Shown: positions 37,925 through 48,220, counted from the stretch's first letter. The stretch is 64,000 bases of DNA from an uncultured Clostridia bacterium (GCA_944384545.1 CALWTT010000106.1:1299-65298), one strand, 5' to 3'. Notes: generated by a model from the sequence alone, not told the origin. Made by a program: numbers and translations.

Positions 37925-38420
37925 AATTATCCGCACCTCTCTCGAAAGCATCCGCGAGCTGGCAGATGGAGAAACCGTCATCGGGAATCCCATTGCAACC
38001 CCAGGGGGCACTACGGTTATTCCCGTTTCCAAAGTCTCCATGGGCTTTGCATCCGGAGGACTGGACTATAATGGAAAAAAATCTGCAAAGGAAGATCCTC
38101 CACGTGCACAGAATTTCGGCGGCGGAGGAGGAACGGGGGTCACAGTAACGCCCATTGCCTTCCTGATCGTTGCACCGGACGGAGAGGTCCGTCTTTTGCC
38201 GATTACGCCTCCGGACCGCCCCGGTACCGTCGATAAAGTCACCTCTTTGATTGAACGTTCGCCGGATATCCTTGCCAAACTGAAAGCGGTTCTCTCCTCC
38301 GGAAAAAAGAAGAAGACAAAAAAGGATCCCGGATGCGATGCCACTGATACCGAAAATGCCGCTGACTGTGTCCGTGCCGAAGAAGAAAACCGAAATGCGA
38401 CAGACGACAACGAAAAATAA
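37902..38420 (+). CDS. ytfJ: Sporulation protein YtfJ (GerW family)
   Basis: 172-aa ORF. ..VIGNPIATPGGTTVIPVSKVSMGFASGG..GTGVTVTPIAFLIV is characteristic of the family. Confidence 0.85.
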   Translation: MSENKLSEIIRTSLESIRELADGETVIGNPIATPGGTTVIPVSKVSMGFASGGLDYNGKKSAKEDPPRAQNFGGGGGTGVTVTPIAFLIVAPDGEVRLLPITPPDRPGTVDKVTSLIERSPDILAKLKAVLSSGKKKKTKKDPGCDATDTENAADCVRAEEENRNATDDNEK

Positions 38421-38572
38421 TTTTCCCTTTTTTTCCGATTTTCGGTTTTGCAATACTCGATTTTCCTGACCTTTCCCGCATTTCCGGGATCTTGCATGCG
38501 CTCTTTCGTATACCCAAAGAAATTTTGCACAGATTAACCGTGAAATTTTCAAAATACGAAGGGTGAATACGC

Positions 38573-39703
38573 ATGCCTTGCGCAAAAAAGCGTTTTGTTA
38601 TTCTTTTCTTTTTATGTCTGTGCCTGTCCGTTGCAGGTATCCTGCCGGTACGGGCAGCCCCCGGTATGTCCGGAGAGTGCGGATGCCTGTATCTGCCGCA
38701 GATCGATCGTATGTTGGTGGAAAAAAACGCAGACAGGCGCCATCCTATGGCCAGTACTACCAAAATCATGACGGCGCTCGTCGCCATTGAAAACTGCCGT
38801 CTGGATGACGAGGTTGTTATTCCGGAGGAGGCAGTCGGTGTAGAAGGATCTTCCATATACCTGCGTGCCGGCGAGCATCAGACCATGGAAAATCTTCTTT
38901 ATGCACTTCTCCTTTCCAGCGCCAACGACGCTGCCGCCGCCATTGCCATTCATACGGCAGGAAGCATTGCGGCGTTTGCCGACATGATGAATGAACGCGC
39001 TGCGGATATGGGACTCAAAAATACACATTTCACCAATCCGCACGGTCTGAACGATGAAAACCATTATACCACCGCCTCCGATCTTGCACGCATTGCCGCA
39101 GAAGCGATGGCAAATCCTACTTTTCGGACCATTGTTTCCACCAAGCATAAAGTTATCCGTGTGCAGGACGGCACCCAAGCGCGTGCGCTGTCCAATCATA
39201 ACCGCCTGTTGCGGAGCTATGAAGACTGTGTCGGTGTCAAAACCGGATATACCAAAATCAGTGGACGATGCCTTGTCAGTGCCGCAGAGCGGGATGGAAT
39301 GCTCCTGATTGCTGTCACACTGGACGCTCCGGATGACTGGCGCGACCATACGCATATGCTGGACTACGGATTTTCTTTGTATGAAGGCCGGATCCTGGAT
39401 GACTGTGACGGGCTGACTCTCGATGTCCCGGTAGTCGGTGGTGAGTCCGACGTAGTGCATATCCGTACACGCTCCTCCCCCACCGTTATTGTTCCGAAGG
39501 GATCTGAGGATCTGGAGCTTTCTTTTGAAATCAATCACTTTGCCACCGCCCCCGTCGGACGCGGCGACACATTGGGAATTGTACGCTATACCCTGAACGG
39601 AGAAACCGTAGCCGTGCTCCCTCTTCTTGCCGAAGAGTCGGTGCGGGCAAAACCTATACACGAAAATCTGTTGGATAAAATCAAGAATTTGTTTGGTTTA
39701 TAA
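38573..39703 (+). CDS. D-alanyl-D-alanine carboxypeptidase (S11 family), second paralog
   Basis: 376-aa ORF. Signal peptide present. SxxK motif in ASTTKIMT and SGN-type motif in LSSAND. Confidence 0.88.
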   Translation: MPCAKKRFVILFFLCLCLSVAGILPVRAAPGMSGECGCLYLPQIDRMLVEKNADRRHPMASTTKIMTALVAIENCRLDDEVVIPEEAVGVEGSSIYLRAGEHQTMENLLYALLLSSANDAAAAIAIHTAGSIAAFADMMNERAADMGLKNTHFTNPHGLNDENHYTTASDLARIAAEAMANPTFRTIVSTKHKVIRVQDGTQARALSNHNRLLRSYEDCVGVKTGYTKISGRCLVSAAERDGMLLIAVTLDAPDDWRDHTHMLDYGFSLYEGRILDDCDGLTLDVPVVGGESDVVHIRTRSSPTVIVPKGSEDLELSFEINHFATAPVGRGDTLGIVRYTLNGETVAVLPLLAEESVRAKPIHENLLDKIKNLFGL

Positions 39704-39704
39704 G

Positions 39705-40436
39705 ATGATGACAAAAATACGATTGCAGAAATTTCTGTCGGACAACGGAATCCTGTCCCGCCGCGCGGCGGAAGCCGCCATTCTCTCCGGCCGGATTACA
39801 GTAAACGGAAGGCCGGCGCAACTGGGTGACAAAGTAGATCCGGAAGCGGATATCGTTGCCTGCGGCGGGAAAACCGTCCGTCCGACACGCAAAACCCATA
39901 CCTACATCATGCTGAACAAGCCCCGCGGTTATATCAGCGCCGTTCGCGATCCGCAAGGACGCCGATGTGTCACGGATCTTCTGACCGATGTGCATACACG
40001 CGTATACCCTGTCGGTCGTTTGGATCGTGTTTCTGAAGGCTTGCTTCTCCTGACCGATGACGGCACACTGACCAATCTGCTGACCCATCCTGGACACGGG
40101 ATCGGGAAGCTTTACCGCGTCAAAGTAGGCGGAAGTGTTACACCGGCGCAATATGAGATCCTCTCCTCGCCCATTGTCATTGAGGGATACGAAACCCGAC
40201 CGGCGGATGTACGAATCCTGGGGGACGATGAAAACGGCAATACGATACTGCATATCACATTGTACGAAGGCCGAAACCGCCAGATCCGTCGCCTGTGCGA
40301 GGCGGCCGGCCTCACCGTACGGCGGCTGATCCGCATATCCATTGGTGATCTCAAGCTGAACGGACTCGGAACCGGTAAGTGGCGGCCTCTGACCCCGGAA
40401 GAAGTTGCCTATTTATACCGTACAACGAAAGGATAA
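39705..40436 (+). CDS. rluB: Pseudouridine synthase, RsuA/RluB family (S4 domain)
   Basis: ORF 39627..40436. ATG 39705 lies 2 nt after the upstream stop. RLQKFLSDNGILSRR S4 motif and GRLDRVSEGLLLLT catalytic motif. Confidence 0.88.
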   Translation: MMTKIRLQKFLSDNGILSRRAAEAAILSGRITVNGRPAQLGDKVDPEADIVACGGKTVRPTRKTHTYIMLNKPRGYISAVRDPQGRRCVTDLLTDVHTRVYPVGRLDRVSEGLLLLTDDGTLTNLLTHPGHGIGKLYRVKVGGSVTPAQYEILSSPIVIEGYETRPADVRILGDDENGNTILHITLYEGRNRQIRRLCEAAGLTVRRLIRISIGDLKLNGLGTGKWRPLTPEEVAYLYRTTKG

Positions 40437-40440
40437 TCCC

Positions 40441-40866
40441 ATGCTGGAAATCAAGCCGATACAGACAAAAGCCGATCAGGAAACCGCCTGCACCCGTTGC
40501 GGGATTCCCTATGATCAAGATTGCATGGCGTATGCTGCACATGAGGATGGAGAATTCATCGGTATGTGCCAATTCAATATCGAAGCCGAGCGCGGCTACA
40601 TAAAGAATCTTGCTCTGCGGGAGGGGCTTTCGGATTTTGAAGCGCTCTTCCTGCTTGGGCGTGCTACACTCAACTTTATCGATTTGTGCGGTATTCACAA
40701 AGCAGCCTGTTCCGAAGATGCCGCAGAGGAACGCGTAGTCACGGCCATCGGATTCCGTCGAGGGGAGGACGGAGTCTATCTTGCGGATATGACGCATATG
40801 TTTGAAGGCTGCGGTGGTGAATCTGCGGGAAAAATGTCCGGAAACAGCACGCCCGCCAGAAATTGA
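40441..40866 (+). CDS. Hypothetical small protein (possibly GNAT-like fold)
   Basis: ORF 40405..40866. AAAGGA sits before ATG 40441. I do not recognise a family. Confidence 0.5.
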   Translation: MLEIKPIQTKADQETACTRCGIPYDQDCMAYAAHEDGEFIGMCQFNIEAERGYIKNLALREGLSDFEALFLLGRATLNFIDLCGIHKAACSEDAAEERVVTAIGFRRGEDGVYLADMTHMFEGCGGESAGKMSGNSTPARN

Positions 40867-40931
40867 TTATATTCCTCCCTGCGCGAACGGGAAAACACGT
40901 ATTTTCAGAAATAATAGAAAATCATACGGGT

Positions 40932-40970
40932 AAAAAAGAGAAGGGGCGCAATGCGGCCCTTCTCTTTTTT
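40932..40970. terminator. Bidirectional rho-independent terminator
   Basis: AAAAAAGAGAAGGG-loop-CCCTTCTCTTTTTT between convergent genes. Confidence 0.8.
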
Positions 40971-40993
40971 GCTTTCTCCGTGGCATATCCGTA

Positions 40994-43408
40994 TCACTTC
41001 AGTTCTACAACGGTTACACCCAGATCTCCTTCTCCATATGCACCGTTTCTGTACGAACGTACACGTGGATCATGATGCAGATCGTTCTGCAAAGCCGTTC
41101 GCAAGGCGCCAGTCCCCTTTCCGTGAATAATGCGCACAGACTGTATTCCGGAAAGAATTGCCTCATCCAGGTATTTATCTACCGCATTCCATGCGTCCTC
41201 GCCGTACATACCGCGCACATCGATCTCTGGCCGGAAATCCCGGGACACGGCATGACCGCCCCCCGTTCCGGAACGCATGCGCGATCGCCCGGAAGAAGCG
41301 GCTTTGTTTTCTCGCGCGCCCGCATCCCCTTCCAACAGGCGAACACGATCCAGAGCTACTTTGGCAGAGAGAATGCCGGCCCGTACACTGACATGACCGG
41401 TACGGTCGGGCAGTTCCTGCACCCGTCCGGTTTGACCGAAGTCCGGTAAATATACTTTGTCGCCGATCCGTAAATCGCGTGGCAGCCGATAGGGCTCATC
41501 GGGATCAAGGTCGCCAGGTCCGGCATATACCGCATCCGATGTCTCCTGCAGCTTTTCCCGCATCCGACGTCTTGCCTCGTTCAGTTCCTTTCCGAATGTG
41601 TGACTGTCCTGCTTTTTTCTGACTGCCTCCAACTCCTTCAGTACAAATTCGCTTGTGGCGCGTGCGCTTTCCAGCGTCTGCCGCGCTTTTTCCATGTTTT
41701 TTTCAATTTCCTTTTGCGATCCCGCCAGTTTTTCCTTCAGCTTCTTCTCCGCCGTGCGTTTGAATATTTCATACTCTTCGCGCATGCGTTCTGCCTCTGC
41801 ACGGTTCTTTTCCATTTCTACACGGCTGTTCTCCAGCTTTTCGATCACAGATTCAAACCGTTTGCTGTTCCCGGACAGCATCTTCTCCGCCCGATCCACA
41901 ATCGCCGGATCCAATCCGAGCTTAACCGAAATGGCAAAGGCATTGGATTTTCCGGGGGCGCCTATGATCAGACGATAGGTAGGCCGCAGCGTCTGCAGAT
42001 CGAATTCGCAGGAGGCGTTCTGCACCCCCGGCGTTTCGAGCGCATACGCTTTCAGTTCTGCATAGTGCGTCGTTGCAGCCGTCAATGCATTACGGTTGCG
42101 TACCTCCTCCAGGATCGCACCGGCAAGTGCCGCGCCTTCTACCGGATCTGTACCCGCACCCAACTCATCAAACAGAACAAGCGATCCTTCGGTAACCGAG
42201 GAAAGCATGGATACAATATTCACCATATGTGAAGAAAAAGTAGAAAGGGATTGCTCAATACTCTGCTCATCCCCGATATCAACCAATACCTCACGGAAAA
42301 TCCCGACGGACGAGTCCGCCGATGCGGGAATTTGCAGACCGGCTTGCGCCATCAGAACAAACAGCCCAAGCGTCTTCAGTGTCACGGTCTTTCCACCTGT
42401 ATTCGGCCCGGTGATGATCAGCGTACGATAGGTCTCGCCCAATGTCACATCAATGGGAACGACCGTCTCCGGATGCAGCAACGGATGACGTGCCCGATGC
42501 AATCGGATCTGCGGGTGCGGCAGAATATTCGGCCGTTCGGCATGCATGCTTTCCGCCAACGATGCACAGGTGAAATACAGAGCAAGTTCTGTAATGTTCC
42601 GGTAATTCCGAAGCGCCGTGGTTCCGTATTCTGCACACAGCGCAGAAAGCTCCGAAAGAATCCTCGCCACTTCCCGCTGCTCTTTTCCTAAGAGCATGCG
42701 AAGCTCGTTGTTTGCCTCGACTACACTCATCGGTTCAATAAAAACCGTGGAACCGGAGGAGGAGGTATCGTGCACAAGTCCCTTCACTTCGTTCCTGTAT
42801 TCGGTTTTTACAGGAATGACATACCGACCGTCCCGCATTGTCACAATGTTTTCCTGCAAAAAGCGGGAGTATCCGCCGCTGACATACTTCTGCAAACTGT
42901 CCTTGATCCGGTTGTTCTCCGCCCGGATTTTACGTCGGATATCCGCAAGCTCCGGGCTTGCCTCATCCGCAATCATTTCCTCACTCAGAATCGCCCGCCC
43001 GATTCTGGATTCAAAGGAACGGTTGGATACAAGACCCGCAAAAAGTTCCGAAAGCGCATCCAGGCTGCCGTCCGTCGGTTCGTTCCGATAATCCAGAAGC
43101 GCGCGCGCGCAGGAAAACACACGTGCCACCGCCAGGATCTCACGTGTGGATAGTGTTGCGCCTTTATCGGCACGCTCAATTGCACCCGAAATATCCTCCA
43201 CGCCGGACAGGGGGGGATATCCTTTCTGCGAAAGGAGCTTCCGCGCCTCCTGTGTCCGGTTCTGGCGCATACATACCGTATCGTAATCCTCGCTCGGAAG
43301 CAACGTCAACGCCCGCTCACGTGCCCCCTCGGTGAGAGCACGATCCGCCAGCAATGCCAGAATCTTATCGTATTCCAGCGCCGCAAGTGTTTTTTGTGTG
43401 TACAGCAT
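40994..43408 (-). CDS. mutS2: Endonuclease MutS2
   Basis: ORF 40994..43666. The true start is MLYTQKTLAALEYDKIL at 43408, just after the recO stop. GPNTGGKT Walker A and a C-terminal Smr domain. Confidence 0.93.
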   Translation of the reverse strand: MLYTQKTLAALEYDKILALLADRALTEGARERALTLLPSEDYDTVCMRQNRTQEARKLLSQKGYPPLSGVEDISGAIERADKGATLSTREILAVARVFSCARALLDYRNEPTDGSLDALSELFAGLVSNRSFESRIGRAILSEEMIADEASPELADIRRKIRAENNRIKDSLQKYVSGGYSRFLQENIVTMRDGRYVIPVKTEYRNEVKGLVHDTSSSGSTVFIEPMSVVEANNELRMLLGKEQREVARILSELSALCAEYGTTALRNYRNITELALYFTCASLAESMHAERPNILPHPQIRLHRARHPLLHPETVVPIDVTLGETYRTLIITGPNTGGKTVTLKTLGLFVLMAQAGLQIPASADSSVGIFREVLVDIGDEQSIEQSLSTFSSHMVNIVSMLSSVTEGSLVLFDELGAGTDPVEGAALAGAILEEVRNRNALTAATTHYAELKAYALETPGVQNASCEFDLQTLRPTYRLIIGAPGKSNAFAISVKLGLDPAIVDRAEKMLSGNSKRFESVIEKLENSRVEMEKNRAEAERMREEYEIFKRTAEKKLKEKLAGSQKEIEKNMEKARQTLESARATSEFVLKELEAVRKKQDSHTFGKELNEARRRMREKLQETSDAVYAGPGDLDPDEPYRLPRDLRIGDKVYLPDFGQTGRVQELPDRTGHVSVRAGILSAKVALDRVRLLEGDAGARENKAASSGRSRMRSGTGGGHAVSRDFRPEIDVRGMYGEDAWNAVDKYLDEAILSGIQSVRIIHGKGTGALRTALQNDLHHDPRVRSYRNGAYGEGDLGVTVVELK

Positions 43409-43418
43409 ATGATCTCCG

Positions 43419-44198
43419 TTATTGTGCGACTTCCTTGTAAAAATCCAGCGAACGGAACCCTCGCTCCAGATGATGCAGCAGATACTTTTCGGCTGCGTTT
43501 GAAAAAAGAACCATATCCTGCCCCAGAAGGCGGAAGGAAAAAAGGCGTTCCGGCAGAGCGGATACCGTATAGCGCATAGCCTCCAACGCGGAGGGAGAAA
43601 GCGGACAGAGTATCCGCGCAGTCCCTTCTTCTTCTGATGGCGTATCGACTTGTAAGCCACGTGCACGACAGGTGCTGCATTGCAGGGTGCCGTTCATGAC
43701 ATCGAGAAAAAACTCCCCCGTCCGGCATCCGCATTCCACGCAACCGTAAAGCAACGGCATAAAGCCCAATAGAGCCGCAGCCCGCATCTCAAAAGCTGCA
43801 CGTATATGCTCTGCCGGGTATTTCCCATGCGAAATTGCATATAGCGTGTTCAAAAGAAGGCGAAGAAATTCCTTTTCCGGTGCCTGCTCCTCCACCACAT
43901 CATCTGCCACGTCACACACATACGACGCCAACGCCGTCCGGGTCAGGTCCGCGCGCAGATCAAAAAAGCTTTCCAGCAGCGTTACCTCGCGCACCCAATA
44001 CCGCTCCCCGCGCTGATACAGAACATAACTGCCATAGCAAAACAGTTGCGCCGCCGCCAGATACCGGCTTTTCAGCACGCGGCTTCCGTTGGCAACTGCT
44101 GTAATTTTTCCCTGCTCTTCGGTGATCAGCGTAAGAAGCTTATCGTTGTCCGACAGCGCCACTGTGCGCACGACAAGTCCTTTTACCTCTGTCAGCAT
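43419..44198 (-). CDS. recO: DNA repair protein RecO
   Basis: 259-aa ORF. An OB-fold N-terminus (GLVVRTVALSDNDKLLTLIT) and a Cys4 zinc motif. Confidence 0.88.
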   Translation of the reverse strand: MLTEVKGLVVRTVALSDNDKLLTLITEEQGKITAVANGSRVLKSRYLAAAQLFCYGSYVLYQRGERYWVREVTLLESFFDLRADLTRTALASYVCDVADDVVEEQAPEKEFLRLLLNTLYAISHGKYPAEHIRAAFEMRAAALLGFMPLLYGCVECGCRTGEFFLDVMNGTLQCSTCRARGLQVDTPSEEEGTARILCPLSPSALEAMRYTVSALPERLFSFRLLGQDMVLFSNAAEKYLLHHLERGFRSLDFYKEVAQ

Positions 44199-45082
44199 TA
44201 TTCCTGCCTGTAACCGAAATTGCGGAGGCTCGTCTGGCTGTCGCGCCAGTTATCCTTCACCTTTACCCAAAGATCAAGGAATATCTGCACTCCGAAAAAC
44301 CGCTCCAAATCCTCTCTTGCATAGCTTCCGATTTTTTTCAGCATACTTCCGTTTTTCCCGATGATAATGCCTTTATGCGATTCCTTTTCACAGAAAATTT
44401 CCGCCCGGATCCGCAAAAGCTTCGGCTCTTCCCGGAATTCCTCCACCACAACTGCCGTCCCGTGCGGAATTTCCTCTTTCAGCGTACGCAACAACTTCTC
44501 CCGAATGACTTCGGCCACAATTTGTCGTTCTGGCTGGTCAGTAATTTCGTCCTCCGCAAAATAAAACGGGCTCTCCGTCAGATAACGATGGCATTCTTCC
44601 AGCACCGTCTCCACGCCCTTTCCGTTCTTGGCACTGATCGGAATCACCGCATCAAAATCAAAGGCGGCAGCATACGCCGCAATGGTGGCGGCAATATTGG
44701 CAGGCGTAAACGTATCGGTCTTGTTGATCACCAATATGGCGGGAAGGTGCTGTGCACGAAAACGGTCTATCAGGTTCTTCTCTATATCCCCGACACCTTC
44801 CCGCGCCTCAACTACCAGAATCGCTGCATCTGCATCTCCTACCGTGCTCTCTGCGGTTTTCACCATATAATCGCCAAGACGTGTCCGCGGTTTATGCATG
44901 CCTGGCGTATCCAGAAATACAAACTGCTCTTCTCCTTTGGTCAGAATCCCGGTAATGCGGTTTCTGGTAGTCTGCGGCTTCTTGGAAACAATGGCCACCT
45001 TTTCCCCGAGCAAAGCATTCAGCAAAGTGGACTTGCCGACATTCGGGCGCCCCACCAAGGCAATAAAAGCCGTTTTTGTCAC
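44198..45082 (-). CDS. era: GTPase Era
   Basis: ORF 44198..45106. GTG 45082 is preferred: AAGGAG sits 7 nt upstream and it forms a GTGA overlap with the ybeY stop. GRPNVGKST G1 motif and a KH domain. Confidence 0.93.
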   Translation of the reverse strand: MTKTAFIALVGRPNVGKSTLLNALLGEKVAIVSKKPQTTRNRITGILTKGEEQFVFLDTPGMHKPRTRLGDYMVKTAESTVGDADAAILVVEAREGVGDIEKNLIDRFRAQHLPAILVINKTDTFTPANIAATIAAYAAAFDFDAVIPISAKNGKGVETVLEECHRYLTESPFYFAEDEITDQPERQIVAEVIREKLLRTLKEEIPHGTAVVVEEFREEPKLLRIRAEIFCEKESHKGIIIGKNGSMLKKIGSYAREDLERFFGVQIFLDLWVKVKDNWRDSQTSLRNFGYRQE

Positions 45083-45612
45083 AACGTTTCTCCTTCCTTC
45101 CCACATCTCTCAGACAGTCTCTGCATGATTTTCCGCTGCCGATCACACATTTCCTCTTCCTCTTCGGGCTGTTCATGATCGTATCCGAGAAGATGCAGCA
45201 TAGAATGAACCGTAAGAAACCCCACTTCGTGCAAAAAGCTGTGTCCGAGTTCTTTTGCCTGCGATGCCGCACGGTCCAGATTCATAACAATGTCTCCCAG
45301 CGGAATGCACTCGCCAATAACCGGATCTTCTTCTTCCCGGTCAAAAATCGGAAACGAAAGCACATCGGTTTCGGAATCCATATGACGGTATTCTGCATTG
45401 AGAGAGCGAATATAGGCCGGGTCGCACAATGTTACCGATATCTCCGCTTCTCCCGCAAAGTCCTCATACTTCAATGTTTCTTCGGCCGCTGTCACAATTA
45501 CCTTCTGGACATCCTCTGCAATGCTTGTCCCTTCCGGCTCTGCCGAAAAATAAAACTGTATTTTATTTTCGCCATCTGCTGCATTCTTCGCTTGTCTTTT
45601 TTGATATTTCAT
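45079..45612 (-). CDS. ybeY: rRNA maturation RNase YbeY
   Basis: 177-aa ORF. HSMLHLLGYDH zinc motif. Confidence 0.9.
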   Translation of the reverse strand: MKYQKRQAKNAADGENKIQFYFSAEPEGTSIAEDVQKVIVTAAEETLKYEDFAGEAEISVTLCDPAYIRSLNAEYRHMDSETDVLSFPIFDREEEDPVIGECIPLGDIVMNLDRAASQAKELGHSFLHEVGFLTVHSMLHLLGYDHEQPEEEEEMCDRQRKIMQRLSERCGKEGETL

Positions 45613-46646
45613 GTTCCGCTCCTGGTTCCATGTACGTGAGATCGATGGGAAGCTACGTTCTCTTTTGTACGCTCCCGCTCATATTTTTCATAGGCAAGAA
45701 TGATTTGCTGCACCAGACGATGCCGCACGACATCCTTTTCACTGAAAGCGTGTATCACAATTCCGTCGATATTTTTCAGCACGCGCATGGCCACGGCAAG
45801 TCCGCTTTTTTGTCCGGACGGAAGATCTGTCTGGGATGGGTCCCCCGTAACAACTGCCTTGGAATTGGTTCCAAGACGTGTCAGAAACATTTTCATCTGC
45901 TCCGGTGTAGTATTCTGCGCCTCATCCAACAGAATGAACGAATCGTCTAATGTACGGCCTCGCATATATGCCAATGGTGCAATTTCAATGGCATTCCGCT
46001 CAAGCTGCCGCATATAATTCTCCGCACCGAGCATCTCAAACAGAGCGTCATTGAGAGGGCGCAGATACGGATCGATTTTGTTTTGCAGATCCCCGGGCAA
46101 GAATCCCAGCCGTTCTCCCGCTTCTACCGCCGGACGTGTGAGAACAATCCGGCTCACCTGCTTCTGGCGCAATGCCTCTACCGCCATGGCAACGGCCAAA
46201 AATGTCTTTCCGGTCCCTGCAGGTCCAATGCCCAGAATAACGGTATTCTTCCGAATGGCTTCTACATACTGTTTCTGTCCTACGGTTTTCGGTTTGATAG
46301 GCTTTCCACGTGTAGTGATGCAAACAACATCATCGCTGTCCAACGCACGCAATTCCGACTCTGCGCCGTCTGCTACCATGGATATGATATACTCCAACGA
46401 TTGCTCGCTGATCACCCCGCCCTGATCCGCCATACGTTTCAGGTAACCGAGAACACGATACGCTTTCGCAACGGCATCACCATCTTGACCGTCTACAATC
46501 AATGCATCCCCCATTTCATTCTCAGGGTGGCGGTTGGAGATGCGTACATCAAACTGCTGTTCAATCCGCTTGATATTTCTGTCACAAGGACCAAATATTA
46601 CCGCCGTTGTCTGCTCCGAATCTGTCAGCAGGATCTGCTGAGGCAT
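45609..46646 (-). CDS. phoH: PhoH family ATPase
   Basis: 345-aa ORF. GPAGTGKTFLA Walker A. Confidence 0.9.
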   Translation of the reverse strand: MPQQILLTDSEQTTAVIFGPCDRNIKRIEQQFDVRISNRHPENEMGDALIVDGQDGDAVAKAYRVLGYLKRMADQGGVISEQSLEYIISMVADGAESELRALDSDDVVCITTRGKPIKPKTVGQKQYVEAIRKNTVILGIGPAGTGKTFLAVAMAVEALRQKQVSRIVLTRPAVEAGERLGFLPGDLQNKIDPYLRPLNDALFEMLGAENYMRQLERNAIEIAPLAYMRGRTLDDSFILLDEAQNTTPEQMKMFLTRLGTNSKAVVTGDPSQTDLPSGQKSGLAVAMRVLKNIDGIVIHAFSEKDVVRHRLVQQIILAYEKYERERTKENVASHRSHVHGTRSGT

Positions 46647-46691
46647 GCTGTTTTATCCTTTCTTTTTTCTTCCCGACATTCTCCGTACTCT

Positions 46692-47867
46692 TCATCCAAT
46701 ACCGAATTCCGAGGTAACGGCAATATTTCGGATACATTCTACTTCGCAGGTCAGAATATACTCCTCCCCCACAAACGCACCGCTGTACCGCCGGCGAAGC
46801 AATTCTCCGTCGGCCAATTCGCGCATCAGGCGTTCTTCCATCAAGCGCATTGCATAGGATACTGTTTCGGATTCTGTAAGATGGATTGTATCCTCGGCAT
46901 AGCGTACGGATTCTGTCCGTATGACTGTAATTGGCAGACGGATATACCCGAAAAGATAGATGGGATCTTTCGTATATATTGTATCATATCCGGCAGGCAG
47001 ATTTCCAGTACCCCCATAAATATTTATGTTTTTTCCCCAGAAAATAAGCGATATACCAGAGAGCTGTCGCTCTTCTACACGTGTAAGAACCAGGTCTCGT
47101 GGTAATGTAACCGTGAATGTCTGTTGTACGCGCCCGAAAACCTCCCCTTCCGCATATACAAATTTATTTCCGGCATGGCTATTTGTAACGCCGGAAACAA
47201 GCAACTGCCCGGCACGAACTACCTGCCCTGTATGGACGACCGTATCGCCCGTCCTCACAGCAAGCGAGTCGATAATGGCATCGCAGGAAGCAACCAGATT
47301 TGCACCGCCTTCTTTTTCCTGACCATCTTCTCCGGGGGCACTCTGACGTTCCCGCACTTCGACATATACCACATTCCCTTTTATATTGATTCCGATATAT
47401 GCAAGTTCCGGTTCTCTCTGCAAGACCTCGGCGCTGATTCCTGCACGGTCAAGCGAAGAAAGGGGCATGCCGACCGAGAGCCCGGATTCGGAAAGTGCAG
47501 TTTTGATTTTTTCCACGGGAATGCGTTCTTCACCTTCCACGCGAACCTCCCACACCACAAGGCTCCCCATAACCATAACAAGACATGCCGCCACCGCCCC
47601 CACCAAAAGGCCTGGGCGTCGCCACAAATGGGAGAGAAGATTCCAAAGCCCGCGCTGCGTCGGCTGCATCTGCTCCGGATGCGGAAAAACCGCACAGAGC
47701 CTCCGATATTCCCACTGCGATACAGAAAAGAAAAAGCGCTCGTCTGCCTCAAAATAATCCCATGATATAATATTGTTTTCCCACATGATATTGAGTATAT
47801 CTTCCGCAGCGGTACGTGGACAGTCCACTCGCATATATCCCATTATCCAATGAAAAAACCATCTCAT
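46692..47867 (-). CDS. yqfD: Sporulation protein YqfD
   Basis: 391-aa ORF. Position after yqfC, the central TM segment and overall similarity fit YqfD. Confidence 0.8.
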   Translation of the reverse strand: MRWFFHWIMGYMRVDCPRTAAEDILNIMWENNIISWDYFEADERFFFSVSQWEYRRLCAVFPHPEQMQPTQRGLWNLLSHLWRRPGLLVGAVAACLVMVMGSLVVWEVRVEGEERIPVEKIKTALSESGLSVGMPLSSLDRAGISAEVLQREPELAYIGINIKGNVVYVEVRERQSAPGEDGQEKEGGANLVASCDAIIDSLAVRTGDTVVHTGQVVRAGQLLVSGVTNSHAGNKFVYAEGEVFGRVQQTFTVTLPRDLVLTRVEERQLSGISLIFWGKNINIYGGTGNLPAGYDTIYTKDPIYLFGYIRLPITVIRTESVRYAEDTIHLTESETVSYAMRLMEERLMRELADGELLRRRYSGAFVGEEYILTCEVECIRNIAVTSEFGIG

Positions 47868-48163
47868 TCTTCTTCATGCACCTCCTTTCTGAAACGCAAG
47901 GAAAGCAAATGTCCTCGTACTCCTACTGCTCCTCCTGTAAAAGAAACACAAGTCAGTCCCTCCCCCTCTATAATCACCGTTTCGCGCTGAAGAAGGAAAA
48001 TCATGCACCGGTCGCTGTATTGCAGAATCCTGCGCACCCCACACAGGAAAACCCGTCGTTCCTTTTGAATCCGCACAATTTCAATTTTTTCCCGCTCCAA
48101 AAGCGGGATTTCCTCCACGTGGAAAAAAGATGCTGCCGATGGTCTGTTTGTCCTGTTCTTCAT
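47864..48163 (-). CDS. yqfC: Sporulation protein YqfC (YabP family)
   Basis: 99-aa ORF. YabP/YqfC-like sequence with a 4-nt overlap with yqfD. Confidence 0.8.
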   Translation of the reverse strand: MKNRTNRPSAASFFHVEEIPLLEREKIEIVRIQKERRVFLCGVRRILQYSDRCMIFLLQRETVIIEGEGLTCVSFTGGAVGVRGHLLSLRFRKEVHEEE

Positions 48164-48188
48164 ATTCCTTCCCCGCCTATCATACAGT
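48160..48188 (+). promoter_or_regulatory. Sigma-E-type sporulation promoter (TCATATT-14-CATACAGT) for the ylbJ-like gene
   Basis: Read directly on the plus strand. The -35 box overlaps the yqfC start codon on the opposite strand. AGGTGG RBS and ATG 48221 lie downstream. Confidence 0.55.
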
Positions 48189-48220
48189 ATGATAAACTAT
48201 ATGAACAGGTGGTTTTGAAA

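Noticed and set aside
38612-39661. 349-aa minus-strand ORF.
   Set aside because: It is antisense to the second DD-carboxypeptidase gene, and I treat it as a shadow ORF. The same reasoning applies to 966..1835, which is the 5' part of the AraC track ORF and is antisense to the DapA-like gene.
43409-43666. Long 5' extensions of track ORFs: mutS2 43409..43666, topA 27782..27838, ylbJ-like 47816..48220, pbuG 59904..59999, dnaX 55270..55314, recR 53260..53328 and pck 51319..51390.
   Set aside because: The extensions overlap upstream genes, terminators or promoters. The conserved protein N-termini with good RBSs start at internal codons.
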